A DNA stretch of 35,050 nucleotides from Candidatus Omnitrophota bacterium (GTDB taxonomy: Bacteria > Omnitrophota > Gorgyraeia > JBDRLY01): positions 1 to 35,050 of the forward strand of contig JBDRLY010000088.1 of NCBI GenBank assembly GCA_043812735.1. Direction: 5' to 3'. Below are positions 9,012 through 18,630 of the stretch, one piece after another. The notes beneath the pieces are model-generated. The model was given only the letters and a program-made list of their open reading frames with translations, was not told the origin of the DNA and did no database searches. Made by a program: the position numbers and the translations under genes. Every line of letters starts with the position of its first letter. Positions within the stretch are counted from its first letter, which is position 1.

Positions 9012-9403
9012 TCCACGCAGAATTTGGCGTAAGGAACGGCTGTGAGTCTTTTTTTGGAAATCTTCTTTTCGCAACTTTGGCAAAATCCGAAACTGCGGTC
9101 TTGAATTCTACCCAGCGCTTCATCTATCGCCCAGATGACTTTTTGTTCGGTAGCCGCAAGGCCCATGCCGAATTCCCTGTCGTAATTATCTGTGGCAACA
9201 TCCGCCATGTGAAAAGTATAACCGGACAATTCCCCGGTAGCATCACGCTGGCTCTTGGACAAATTGTCGCTGGATATATGCTTTATATCGTTAACAAGTA
9301 TCTCCTTTTTCTTAAGGAGTAATGCCCTGTATTTCTGCAAATCGGCCGCTGCCATCTTGGAGCTGCTTATTTTAACTTTAGTTCCGCTAGAGCGTCTGCG
9401 CAT
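8969..9403 (-). CDS. DksA/TraR-family C4 zinc-finger protein
   Basis: Carries the motif [26 protein letters not shown] (CxxC-17-CxxC) after a coiled-coil-like N-terminus. The start is either the ATG at 9403 (37-nt overlap with ileS, GGGGA upstream) or the ATG at 9355. Confidence 0.75.
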   Translation of the reverse strand: MRRRSSGTKVKISSSKMAAADLQKYRALLLKKKEILVNDIKHISSDNLSKSQRDATGELSGYTFHMADVATDNYDREFGMGLAATEQKVIWAIDEALGRIQDRSFGFCQSCEKKISKKRLTAVPYAKFCVDCQSKEEKRAKEKR

Positions 9404-12162
9404 TTTTTACAAATCCCCGGATGTTCGCTTAATTTACCTACACTGTCGGAATATATCCAGCAGCGTTCGCATTTTTTATACTGCGTACGTTCGATTACTA
9501 CCGCAATATCCCCTGTTTGTTTTTTGCTCAAGCGGGCTGCGGAAACTATGAATATAGCGGAGATTATATCCCCGTATTTCTCAAGCAGTTCATAAGTTTC
9601 GCCTGAGGCTGATATCTCTATCCCGGCCTCAAGAGAATTGCCTATATTTTGTTTTGCCCGTTTTTCCTCCAGCGCTTTCATCACTTCGTCGCGGACCGCA
9701 AAAAGCCTTTCCCAGTCCGCAAGTAATGCTTCATCCAGGTCTTCAAGCGAAGCCGGCCACTCGGATATATGAACGCTGGCGGAAGAATCTTCTTTCGTAA
9801 ACATGCGCCATGCTTCATCAGCCGTAAATACCAATATGGGCGCTGTAATTTTGAGCAAAATTTCAAGGATCAAAGACATTGCTGTCTGCGCGCTGCGACG
9901 TACGCGCGATTTAGGCGGATAAGTATACAATCTGTCTTTTAAAATGTCCAGATAAAAATTAGACAAATCTTTGACGCAAAATTGGTGCACTAAATGGCAG
10001 ACACGATGGAATTCATATTTATCGTAACTGCGGGTTGCCTCTCTTAAAAGCGCCTGTGATTTCGTATAAGCCCAGCGGTCTATTATATCCATTTCTTTAT
10101 ACGAAACCTTGTCTTTGGCGGGTATAAAATCGTACAAGTTGCCCAGTATAAACCTGAGGGTGTTGCGGATTTTGCGGTAGCTTTCCGCGCAGCGCGCAAC
10201 GATTTCCTGCGAAAGCCGCACATCTTCATTGTAATCGCACGAGGCACACCACCAGCGCAGGACATCGGCGCCGTATTTTTGTATAACCTCATCGGGAGAA
10301 ATTACATTGCCCAGCGATTTAGACATCTTCCTCCCATCCCCGTCCACGACAAAACCGTGCGTAAGAACCGCTTTAAACGGCGGCGTACCCTCTGCGCCCA
10401 TCGTAGCCAAAAGCGATGTCTGAAACCAACCCCTATGCTGGTCGCTTCCTTCAAGATATAAATCCGCTGGGAAAGAGAGTTCTTTATTGTTCTTGCAAAC
10501 CGCAATGCCGCTTACGCCGGAGTCAAACCATACATCAAGGATATCGGATTCTTTTCTAAAAGTACCGTTTGAACAATGCGGGCATTTAAAACCGCCCGGT
10601 AAGAACTCGCTTGCGTCCTTTGCAAACCACGAATCGGAGCCCTGCGCTTGGAATACATTTGCGATGATTTCTATTATATTTGCATCCAGTATAGGCGTAT
10701 TGCACTTTGCGCAGTAAAAAGCCGGAATCGGCGTTCCCCAGTATCTCTGCCTTGACAGGCACCAGTCGGGCCTGAGCTCTACCATGCTGGAAATGCGCTT
10801 ACCCCCCTGGTGAGGGATCCATTTGACTTCCTTTATTGCATCCAGGGCGCGCTGCCTGAGGTTATTTTTGTCAACAGACATAAACCACTGCTCCGTTGCC
10901 CTGAATATAATGGGTTCCTTGCAGCGCCAGCAATGCGGATACGAATGGGATGCCTCGCTTGCATAAAGCAGGGTATTTGTTTTTTTCAAATTTTCTATAA
11001 TGGCCGCGTTTGCGTCATGTACCTTCATCCCGGAAAACGCCCCTGCTGTTTTGTCAAATTTTCCCTGCGTGTCAACCGGCATTACCATGGGAAGTTTATA
11101 TTTTAGGCCTATTATATAATCTTCCGCGCCGTGCCCCGGCGCTATGTGAACAAGGCCGCTGCCTTCTTCCCTTGAGACAAAATCTGCCAGCACTACCTGC
11201 GAATTTCTGTCGATAAAGGGGTGTTTTAATATTGAATTTTCAAGGTTTTTGCCGGATATGGTCTTTATAATTTCATACTGTTTTATGCCGATTTTTTCCA
11301 GGGCATCGGCAAGTAAATTTTTTGCGATAACCCATACCTCGGCGGAGCCCTGTGCCTTTACCATTGCATATTCCATCTCGGGGTGTACGGCCACCGCCAC
11401 GTTAGAGACAAGCGTCCATGGCGTTGTAGTCCAAATTACAAAGAAAATTCGGTGTGCGGTGTGCGGTGTGCGGTTTTCGGCCGAGAAACGAGAACCGCTA
11501 ACCGCTAACCGACTCAGTAATTCGAATTTGACATAAATAGACGGCGAGGTTTTATCCTCATACTCCACCTCTGCTTCCGCTAAGGCTGTCTCGCATCTCG
11601 TGCACCAGTTGACGGGCTTCTTGCCTTTATAGACATAACTCTCTCTGACAAGCTTTGCAAATGTGCGGATGATCGCTGCTTCGTATTCGGGATTTAACGT
11701 CAGGTAGGGCTCTTCCCATAGGCCGAATACGCCCAATCTTTTGAACTCCTCGCGCTGTATATTTACGTATTTCATCGCATAGTCATGCGCTTTTTTCCTG
11801 AACTCAAGCTGCCCTATCTGCGATTTTGTAACGCGCAACTCCTTAAAGAGCTGGTGTTCAACCGGCAATCCGTGGCAGTCCCAGCCCGGCACATATAAGG
11901 CATCGTGGCCGCGCATTGTTTTATACTTAACCACTATATCTTTAAGCGTTTTATTCAATGCATGGCCGATATGTATGTCGCCGTTTGCATAGGGCGGGCC
12001 GTCATGCAGCACAAATTTGGGTTTACCGGCGGATTTTTTGCGGATTAGGGTATGGAGCGTTTCAATTTGCCAGTTTTTAAGTAAAGCGGGCTCCCTTTTA
12101 GGCAGGTCTGCCTTCATGGGAAAATCTGTTTTTGGTAGATTAAGCGTATTCTTATAATCCAT
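9367..12162 (-). CDS. ileS: Isoleucine--tRNA ligase (type 1, with C-terminal zinc-binding domain)
   Basis: 931 aa with HIGH ([14 protein letters not shown]), WTTTPWTL and KMSKS (KMSKSLGN) motifs. The C-terminus carries CERCW...CKKC. Confidence 0.97.
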   Translation of the reverse strand: MDYKNTLNLPKTDFPMKADLPKREPALLKNWQIETLHTLIRKKSAGKPKFVLHDGPPYANGDIHIGHALNKTLKDIVVKYKTMRGHDALYVPGWDCHGLPVEHQLFKELRVTKSQIGQLEFRKKAHDYAMKYVNIQREEFKRLGVFGLWEEPYLTLNPEYEAAIIRTFAKLVRESYVYKGKKPVNWCTRCETALAEAEVEYEDKTSPSIYVKFELLSRLAVSGSRFSAENRTPHTAHRIFFVIWTTTPWTLVSNVAVAVHPEMEYAMVKAQGSAEVWVIAKNLLADALEKIGIKQYEIIKTISGKNLENSILKHPFIDRNSQVVLADFVSREEGSGLVHIAPGHGAEDYIIGLKYKLPMVMPVDTQGKFDKTAGAFSGMKVHDANAAIIENLKKTNTLLYASEASHSYPHCWRCKEPIIFRATEQWFMSVDKNNLRQRALDAIKEVKWIPHQGGKRISSMVELRPDWCLSRQRYWGTPIPAFYCAKCNTPILDANIIEIIANVFQAQGSDSWFAKDASEFLPGGFKCPHCSNGTFRKESDILDVWFDSGVSGIAVCKNNKELSFPADLYLEGSDQHRGWFQTSLLATMGAEGTPPFKAVLTHGFVVDGDGRKMSKSLGNVISPDEVIQKYGADVLRWWCASCDYNEDVRLSQEIVARCAESYRKIRNTLRFILGNLYDFIPAKDKVSYKEMDIIDRWAYTKSQALLREATRSYDKYEFHRVCHLVHQFCVKDLSNFYLDILKDRLYTYPPKSRVRRSAQTAMSLILEILLKITAPILVFTADEAWRMFTKEDSSASVHISEWPASLEDLDEALLADWERLFAVRDEVMKALEEKRAKQNIGNSLEAGIEISASGETYELLEKYGDIISAIFIVSAARLSKKQTGDIAVVIERTQYKKCERCWIYSDSVGKLSEHPGICKKCADALAELKLK
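11451..11511. repeat. Two blocks of heptanucleotide tandem repeats forming an imperfect inverted repeat inside ileS
   Basis: On the plus strand, (GGTGTGC)x3+GGT lies at 11451-11474 and (AACCGCT)x2+AACCG at 11493-11511. The blocks are partly complementary. They encode ..[21 protein letters not shown].. in the variable segment before WTTTPWTL. Confidence 0.9.
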
Positions 12163-12167
12163 AGGGC

Positions 12168-13040
12168 TTACTTTATATGTTTTCCAAGAATAATATCCAG
12201 GTCTTTTTTAACTTTTTCCGGAATCATCTTTCTATCCGTTATAACCGCATTTTTAAGCGCATCCTTACAGGGGCAAGTTCTTCTGGCGGGAAGCCTTTCA
12301 AGCAAGGTATGTAATATTTTCTTGGCGTTTTCGATATTCTTATGCAGGTTATTTATAACCATTTCTATAGTGATTTTCTCAAAATCCGGATGCCAGCAGT
12401 CATAGTCGGTGACGCATGCCAAAGTAGCATAACAAATTTCCGCCTCCCTGGCTAACTTTGCCTCCGGCATATTGGTCATGCCGATAATATCCATGCCCCA
12501 TTGGCGGTAGAGATTTGATTCGGCCAGAGTGGAAAAAGCCGGGCCTTCCATATTGATATAGGTTCCGCCTTTGTGCATTTTTATCCGTAAGCTCTTGCCG
12601 GCTTCATAGCCTGCATCATACAATAAACCCGATAATTCCGGGCAAACCGGATGCGAAAAAGATATATGCCCTACTATTCCATCTTCAAAAAAAGTCATTT
12701 TTCTTGCCTGATTAGTGCGGTCAACATACTGGTCAACTACCACGAAATCCAGGGGTTTTAATTCGTCTTTGAGGCTTCCGCAGGCGGTAACCGAAATAAT
12801 CCGCTCCACCCCTAATTTCTTCATGGCATAAATATTCGCCCTGTAGTTTATTTCGCTGGGAGATATGCGATGGCCCACACCATGCCGCGGCAGGAATACC
12901 AGCTCTTTGTCGTCAAATTTACCCACAATAAATTTATCTGACGGCTTGCCAAACGGCGTATTGACCTCCAGCTCCTGTGTTTCTTTAATAGCGTCCATTT
13001 TATATAAACCGCTACCTCCGATAATACCGATACGCGACAT
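12168..13040 (-). CDS. mtnP: S-methyl-5'-thioadenosine phosphorylase
   Basis: 290 aa. It reads [10 protein letters not shown]...[30 protein letters not shown]...[23 protein letters not shown], typical of the MTAP/PNP family. Confidence 0.88.
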   Translation of the reverse strand: MSRIGIIGGSGLYKMDAIKETQELEVNTPFGKPSDKFIVGKFDDKELVFLPRHGVGHRISPSEINYRANIYAMKKLGVERIISVTACGSLKDELKPLDFVVVDQYVDRTNQARKMTFFEDGIVGHISFSHPVCPELSGLLYDAGYEAGKSLRIKMHKGGTYINMEGPAFSTLAESNLYRQWGMDIIGMTNMPEAKLAREAEICYATLACVTDYDCWHPDFEKITIEMVINNLHKNIENAKKILHTLLERLPARRTCPCKDALKNAVITDRKMIPEKVKKDLDIILGKHIK

Positions 13041-13066
13041 CTTGTACTCCTTTCCGGAAAACTTTC

Positions 13067-13885
13067 TTATCTCCCCGATTTTTTATGTAATTCTTTCGAG
13101 CGCTTTGCTGCAGCCTTCACGCCTTCCTGTATTATTTCACTTAGGTGTTTTTTATGAAATATCTTTATAGCCGCCTCGGTAGCCCCGCCTTTTGACGTAA
13201 CGCGTTCCCTTAAGATGTGCGGCATAAGTTTTGTCTCCATAAGCAATTTTGCGCTGCCGAGTGCCGTCTGGCCCGCCAATTTAAGGATTGTCTGCCAGTC
13301 CACCCCCAATTCGAGTCCCACAACCAAAAACGACTCTACCAGATAAAAGAAATAAGCCGGGCCGCATCCGGAGAGCGCCGTAACAGCATCCATCAAATCT
13401 TCATCTTTTATCCATATAACCTCACCCACCGCCTTAAATACCTTCTCTGCCGCGGCCTTGTGGCTATTGCGCACAAACTTTCCCTCTACCATTGCCGTTA
13501 TCCCTGCTCCCACCAAAGCCGGAGTATTGGGCATAGTTCTTACTACAGCCGTACCTTTACCCCGCGCTTTTTCTATCTGGGAACTGGTTATGCCGGCTAC
13601 TATGGATATCAGAAGCTTATCTTTCGAAACAGCATTTTTCACTTCTCCTAAAGCATCACTGACATCCGGCGGCTTCGTGGCAAGAATGATAATGCCGGCT
13701 TTATTCACAAGCTCCTTGTTACTGTCGGCAATTGTTATCTTATAGAGTTTCTTCATAAGCTTAAGGCGTTGGGGGTTTATATCGTATGCGATTATATTTT
13801 TGGCAGATATGCCTTTGTTTTTTACTAGGCCCCTTATCATGGCTTCAGCCATATTTCCCGCCCCGATAAATCCTATTTTTTTCAT
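13067..13885 (-). CDS. proC: Pyrroline-5-carboxylate reductase
   Basis: 272 aa with a Rossmann N-terminus (IGFIGAGNMAEAMIRGL), plus MPNTPALVG and VTSKGGATEAAI motifs. A 4-nt overlap joins it to yggS. Confidence 0.9.
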   Translation of the reverse strand: MKKIGFIGAGNMAEAMIRGLVKNKGISAKNIIAYDINPQRLKLMKKLYKITIADSNKELVNKAGIIILATKPPDVSDALGEVKNAVSKDKLLISIVAGITSSQIEKARGKGTAVVRTMPNTPALVGAGITAMVEGKFVRNSHKAAAEKVFKAVGEVIWIKDEDLMDAVTALSGCGPAYFFYLVESFLVVGLELGVDWQTILKLAGQTALGSAKLLMETKLMPHILRERVTSKGGATEAAIKIFHKKHLSEIIQEGVKAAAKRSKELHKKSGR

Positions 13886-14556
13886 TTAAATATAGCCCTC
13901 CCTATTCGCACCATATTTGCGCCTTCCTCAAGAGCCGTTTCAAAATCCTCCGACATGCCCATGGAAAGATGCTGCATTTTTATACGCTTGTATCCTTTTT
14001 TCTTGGCGGATTCGAACAAATCCCTTAAAATTCTAAAATAAGGCCTGGCCTTCTCCTTGTTATCCGCTATAGGCGCCATTGTCATAAGCCCCGTAACAGA
14101 AATATTCTTAAGCTCATCTATCTCCTTAAGGAGCGAATCTAAATCCTCCGGGGCAACTCCGGATTTCTCCTCCTCGCCGGAGGCGTTAACCTGGACTAAA
14201 ACTTTTTGTGTTTTATCAAGTTTCCGCGCTTGCGCATCTATAGCTTCGGCCAGATGCAAAGAATCAAGCGAATGGATCATTTCGAATATTTCTACCGCGG
14301 CCTTTGCCTTATTGCTCTGCAAATGCCCCACCATATGCCAGCGTACTTGTTTTGGGATTTCATTGTATTTGAGCGTTGCTTCTTGAACTTTATTCTCTCC
14401 TATATCCGTTATGCCGCAACCGATAGCCTCGCGGATCTTATCCGGCTGGACGGTCTTTGTAACAGCGACTACGGCTATATCATCAATCGAACGGTTTGCC
14501 TTCGCTATAGCAGCATTTATCCTGCATCGGATATCCTCGATATTATCTTTTATCAT
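13882..14556 (-). CDS. yggS: YggS-family pyridoxal-phosphate homeostasis protein
   Basis: 224 aa with the PLP-lysine context VVAVTKT, plus WHMVGHLQSNK and HLSMGMSEDFE..EGANMVRIG. Confidence 0.9.
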   Translation of the reverse strand: MIKDNIEDIRCRINAAIAKANRSIDDIAVVAVTKTVQPDKIREAIGCGITDIGENKVQEATLKYNEIPKQVRWHMVGHLQSNKAKAAVEIFEMIHSLDSLHLAEAIDAQARKLDKTQKVLVQVNASGEEEKSGVAPEDLDSLLKEIDELKNISVTGLMTMAPIADNKEKARPYFRILRDLFESAKKKGYKRIKMQHLSMGMSEDFETALEEGANMVRIGRAIFK

Positions 14557-14598
14557 TAAAACAAATTACTCAATATTATTTCTCCACAAATTCCTTCT

Positions 14599-14639
14599 AT
14601 CTGCGTCAATCTGCATCTTTTAATCTGCGATAATCTGTG
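14599..14639. repeat. Four same-orientation ATCTGYR heptamers (half-copy of the CRCAGAT element family)
   Basis: ATCTGCG lies at 14599, ATCTGCA at 14609, ATCTGCG at 14623 and ATCTGTG at 14633. Spacings are 10, 14 and 10 bp. The array starts 4 bp beyond the ftsA stop. Confidence 0.85.
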
Positions 14640-14642
14640 CTA

Positions 14643-15860
14643 CTAAAAATATTCCCTGTATAACTCTTTTATGCGCGATACGGTGCGGGATACAAAATTG
14701 CCGCTAGGCCGCTCTATTATGCTGCGCCTAATTACGGCGTAGCGCAAAAGCCCTATTGCGCTGGAGTAAGTGGGGTTTGTTATGTTTTTCAAAGATCCCA
14801 TAACATTCCTGGAATAGCCCAGGCGCACAGAAGAACCGAAATATTCTCCTGCGGCCTCAGCCGCCCCGTCGACAAGGCTTAATCCTCCTGTTAAAACAAT
14901 GCTGTAAGGAGCCTTGCCGAAATTATAAGAATCAATTTTATCTTTTATTGTTGAAAATATCTCTTTTAGTTTCCACCCTGCAACGTCGCATAATTCTCTT
15001 CGCAATATTGCCGTCTCTTCGTAATTAGTGCGGACAGATATCTTCTCCGTTGCAGAAACGCTCTCGCAGGGAAAACACAGGTATGTCCTTGCTATGCTTT
15101 CCGCCGTGTCCTCCGGAATCCTAAAGTGCGCGGCGATATGCTGCGTTATTGCCGCCATGCCCGTTGTCATGGTATGTAATTCCCGCAGCGCTCCGTTCTG
15201 ATATATCGAAACTTCCGTAAGGCCCATGCCTACATCGGCTAACACGACACCGTCCTGTGTTTCTTCCTCTTTCAAAACAGACATACCTGTTGCTACGCTT
15301 GCAGGGCATACCCCTTCTATTTCCAAGCCGGCGGCGCTTACTGCCTTGCTTAAATTCTGTAAAAGTGCATAGGGCGATGTAATTAAATTCAAATTGACAT
15401 TCAGGCGCGTTCCGTAAAGCCCCAGGGGATCTTTTATGCCTCTTTGGCCATTAAGCGAATACCCGAGATTTACCGTATGTATAACCTGGCGCTCAAGCGG
15501 TATGGCGGTGTCGCGCGCTGACGCCATGGCGCGATGAATATCCCTTTGATTTATTTCGTTCTCTTTATCTGCTATCGTAGAACTACCCAATGCGTTGATA
15601 ATGCCGATGTCGGGGTTTATTACCGCCACAAAAACCCGGTAAGTCCCGGCGCCGCTCTGTGATTCAGCGACGGATATGGCCTTATCGATGCTTTCGCTTG
15701 CAAGCGAAAGATCGCTTACCGCTCCAAGTGAAAAACCCCTCGCTGGGGCCGTACCTATACCGGCTACTTCGACCTGTCCGTTAATATTTACATTACCCAC
15801 CGCAGCGCATATCTTGCTTGAACCGATATCCAGGCCTGCAATGTAATTCTTTTTCGCCAT
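14643..15860 (-). CDS. ftsA: Cell division protein FtsA
   Basis: 405-aa actin-like ATPase with GLDIGSSKICAAVG, LADVGMGLTEVSIY and VLTGGLSLVDG. The C-terminus looks like an amphipathic membrane-targeting helix (VSRIKELYREYF). It follows ftsQ. Confidence 0.9.
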   Translation of the reverse strand: MAKKNYIAGLDIGSSKICAAVGNVNINGQVEVAGIGTAPARGFSLGAVSDLSLASESIDKAISVAESQSGAGTYRVFVAVINPDIGIINALGSSTIADKENEINQRDIHRAMASARDTAIPLERQVIHTVNLGYSLNGQRGIKDPLGLYGTRLNVNLNLITSPYALLQNLSKAVSAAGLEIEGVCPASVATGMSVLKEEETQDGVVLADVGMGLTEVSIYQNGALRELHTMTTGMAAITQHIAAHFRIPEDTAESIARTYLCFPCESVSATEKISVRTNYEETAILRRELCDVAGWKLKEIFSTIKDKIDSYNFGKAPYSIVLTGGLSLVDGAAEAAGEYFGSSVRLGYSRNVMGSLKNITNPTYSSAIGLLRYAVIRRSIIERPSGNFVSRTVSRIKELYREYF

Positions 15861-16700
15861 TTACCTTTTCAACCTTGGTCCGACAACGGGATCCCTAAAG
15901 CGCAAGTCTATATATCTTATACTAGGAACGTCGGTATCCATTTTATCCAGCATTGACGATAATACCAAAAGTTTCCGCTGAAAATCCCCATCCCCCACTC
16001 TTATTTCGATCTCGGGATTTCCTATGTAAAAGCAGAGATTCTTCGAGTCGGAACAATCTATGTAATGTAATCTATATGTTTTTATAAACCCGGACTGCTG
16101 TATCTGGCTAAGAAGCCCATAAGCCTGCCTTAGATTTGGCGTATAGCATTTCTGCCCTATCATAAGCTCTTCCCGTATCCCCTCCGCGCCGATAATCTCA
16201 GGTAAACCCGGTAAAGGTTCATTGCGCACATCCGCCAGGACCATGCCGTCTATATCCACCGGATAATATCTGTTGCTTCGTCCGCCAAAGCCGGATCCGC
16301 CAATATTTGTGGTGGATAATTGCGCAACCGGCTTGCGTGAAATAATATCCGCCCGCAAGCGATCCGGCAGGCACGTAGTTACGGTAACGTTTCTTATTTC
16401 CGGATGCGCATATTTGAGCTTGGCCTCTATGGCTTTTAGGTTAGTATCGAAAATATTTGAACTTGCCTGAAAGTGGTAGTAATTTTTTAAATTCGGTGAA
16501 GCCGGTTTGCCGTCTATGTAAACATCTATATATTTTATGTCAAAATAATTATGCCTAGCGAGAAACACCCGCACGGTTATAAAAAGCACAAAAATAATAC
16601 CGGCTCCTGCAATATAAGGCACGGACAGATATAGCCAATGTAGGATTTTCTTAGGTTCTAATTTCTTTTTGCGCGCACGCGTCCGACGTCTTGTTTTCAT
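15861..16700 (-). CDS. ftsQ: Cell division protein FtsQ
   Basis: 279 aa with a basic N-terminus, a single TM helix and a POTRA-like start (FDIKYIDVYIDGK). The position between ddl and ftsA is canonical. Confidence 0.75.
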   Translation of the reverse strand: MKTRRRTRARKKKLEPKKILHWLYLSVPYIAGAGIIFVLFITVRVFLARHNYFDIKYIDVYIDGKPASPNLKNYYHFQASSNIFDTNLKAIEAKLKYAHPEIRNVTVTTCLPDRLRADIISRKPVAQLSTTNIGGSGFGGRSNRYYPVDIDGMVLADVRNEPLPGLPEIIGAEGIREELMIGQKCYTPNLRQAYGLLSQIQQSGFIKTYRLHYIDCSDSKNLCFYIGNPEIEIRVGDGDFQRKLLVLSSMLDKMDTDVPSIRYIDLRFRDPVVGPRLKR

Positions 16701-17655
16701 AAGAATTTATCGCTGAATAAATTAACTTTTCACATAATTGCAGAAAATCCACGCCGGCTGCCTTTGCCGCTTTAGGCAATAAGCTTATAGCGGTAAGGCC
16801 GGGTATGGTATTTACTTCCAATACCACCGGGGTATTATTTTTCGTGTCTATAATCATATCAACTCTTGAAAATGACCGGCAGTCCAGCGCCTTATGCGCC
16901 GCAAGGCCCGCCTTCTGGCATGCCTGATAAAGGCGGCGTTCGAGTAGCGCCGGAACAACATACTCGGTGGCATCGGGCGTATACTTTGCGTGGTAATCAA
17001 ATATCTTTTCTTTCGGAATTATTTCTATAACAGGCAGCGGCTCATCGTCTAATATACCCACCGTCACCTCGCGTCCATCGACATATTGCTCTATAATTAC
17101 CCACTCATCATGCTGGAATGCCGCATCCAGAGCCTCTTTAAGTGCATCTTGTTTTTTCACAACTGATAAGCCTATGGAAGAACCGCTCATAGCGGGCTTT
17201 ACCACAACCGGATATTTCATCACATCCGGCGGCAGCCCCTGGTTACGGCGGAAAACTCTATACTGGGGAACATTTATTCCGGCGCTTTCAAATACCCTGC
17301 GCGAACTTATCTTATCTAACGCAAGCCTGCTCGCCAGGGGCTCTGAGCCCGTATAGGGGATATCCGTTAACTCAAGTATTTTCTGGACCGTACCGTCTTC
17401 TCCGAATTTTCCGTGAAGCGCGATAAACGCAACGGTGATATTAGCATCGCGGATTTCCTTAATAAATCCGGCGGCATTATCCGACAAGCTGCTAGAGTTG
17501 GGGTCTATCGCAACAATATCATAGCCGCCGCCGCGCAACGCTTCGCAAACGGCATTGCCGGAACGCAGCGATATTTCACGCTCACTCGAAGGCCCTCCCA
17601 AAAGAACGCCTATTCTGCCAAATTCCCTGATCTTATTTTTTATATTCTCAATCAT
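16651..17655 (-). CDS. ddl: D-alanine--D-alanine ligase
   Basis: ATP-grasp Ddl motifs are present: GGPSSEREISLRSG, LHGKFGEDGTVQ and LEVNTIPG. The ORF-track start at 17688 is a TTG inside the repeat element. The ATG at 17655 is preceded by TAGGAAT. Confidence 0.93.
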   Translation of the reverse strand: MIENIKNKIREFGRIGVLLGGPSSEREISLRSGNAVCEALRGGGYDIVAIDPNSSSLSDNAAGFIKEIRDANITVAFIALHGKFGEDGTVQKILELTDIPYTGSEPLASRLALDKISSRRVFESAGINVPQYRVFRRNQGLPPDVMKYPVVVKPAMSGSSIGLSVVKKQDALKEALDAAFQHDEWVIIEQYVDGREVTVGILDDEPLPVIEIIPKEKIFDYHAKYTPDATEYVVPALLERRLYQACQKAGLAAHKALDCRSFSRVDMIIDTKNNTPVVLEVNTIPGLTAISLLPKAAKAAGVDFLQLCEKLIYSAINSYENKTSDACAQKEIRT

Positions 17656-17673
17656 AATTCCTAATAACACAGG

Positions 17674-17762
17674 TTCACACAGATACAAAAATGATTCACA
17701 CAGATGAATTCTTGATAAGTATCTGTGTGCATCAGTTGTTTATCCGTGTCCATCTGTGTTGA
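17674..17762. repeat. ~89-bp inverted-repeat element built from CACAGAT heptamers
   Basis: TTCACACAGATA lies at 17674 and TTCACACAGATG at 17695 (21 bp apart). These face ATCTGTGTGCA at 17721, ATCCGTGTC at 17742 and ATCTGTGTTGA at 17752. The element fills the murB-ddl gap and supplies the last ~7 codons of murB. Confidence 0.85.
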
Positions 17763-18630
17763 TTTCTTTATTCTTGCCACCGAGTATCTTTATTTCTTCC
17801 TCAAGTAAAATGCCTTTTTTATTTTTTACCTCGGCCTTCAGTTCCTTAATTAAAGCCTCAACATCGCTGAATGTTGCTTTTCCCAAATTAACAATGAAAT
17901 TCGCGTGCTTCCCCGATACAGCGGCATCGCCTACCCTTTTGCCTTTTAAGCCGCATGCATCTATCAGGGCGCCAGCGGAATGGCCATTTGGATTTTTGAA
18001 CACGCACCCGGCCGAAGGCAGGGATAATTCCTGTGTTTTTTTCTTACTGCCAAGCGCCTCTTTCATCTTGTCTTCTATCTCTTGGCGCGGCGCATTTTGC
18101 AATTTAAATTTCGCGCTCAATATTATGTAATCAGAAAGGCTGGAATATCTATAGCCGAAATTTATCTGCTTTTTTTCAAGTGTTTTTATATTACCGTCCG
18201 TATCCATAACCTGGGCTTCTTCTATTAATTCGCAAATAGATTTTTCTCCTGCGCCTGCGTTACCTGCAAGCGCCCCGCCTACTGTTCCGGGAATACCGTA
18301 TAAAGTTTCCAGCCCTCCCAAGTAACTGGAAGCCGCCCCGGCGCATAACTCACTTAATTTTAATCCGCTTGCACATACGGCATGGGTGCCTTCAAATTTC
18401 AAATAGCAGAAGTCCGGTTTGCATAACTTTATAACAACGCCGGCGAACCCTTCATCGCTAACCAACATATTGCTGCCTGAGCCTATTACAAGAACAGGCA
18501 GGGCTTTTTCTTTTGCAAAAATAACCGCTTTTTTTAACCCATTCAGGGTATCCGGCTCAATCCAATATTTCGCTATGCCGCCGATTTTAAACGTTGTATG
18601 AGCCGACAGCGGCTCTTCCCGCCAATTCAT
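17740..18630 (-). CDS. murB: UDP-N-acetylenolpyruvoylglucosamine reductase
   Basis: 296 aa with an FAD-binding N-terminus (HTTFKIGG..VIGSGSNMLV), plus GIPGTVGGALAGNAGA and SAGCVFKNP. Confidence 0.93.
   Translation of the reverse strand: MNWREEPLSAHTTFKIGGIAKYWIEPDTLNGLKKAVIFAKEKALPVLVIGSGSNMLVSDEGFAGVVIKLCKPDFCYLKFEGTHAVCASGLKLSELCAGAASSYLGGLETLYGIPGTVGGALAGNAGAGEKSICELIEEAQVMDTDGNIKTLEKKQINFGYRYSSLSDYIILSAKFKLQNAPRQEIEDKMKEALGSKKKTQELSLPSAGCVFKNPNGHSAGALIDACGLKGKRVGDAAVSGKHANFIVNLGKATFSDVEALIKELKAEVKNKKGILLEEEIKILGGKNKEINTDGHG

Noticed and set aside
8899-9123. 74-aa minus-strand ORF overlapping the dksA-like and lspA genes
   Set aside because: It is a third frame over two supported genes. 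The translation is Arg/Lys-rich low-complexity sequence with no independent signals.
11451-11511. The ileS heptamer repeats as a phase-variation (slipped-strand) switch
   Set aside because: ileS is essential and single-copy in most bacteria, so an on/off frameshift switch is implausible. The segment is kept as a structural or repeat curiosity instead.
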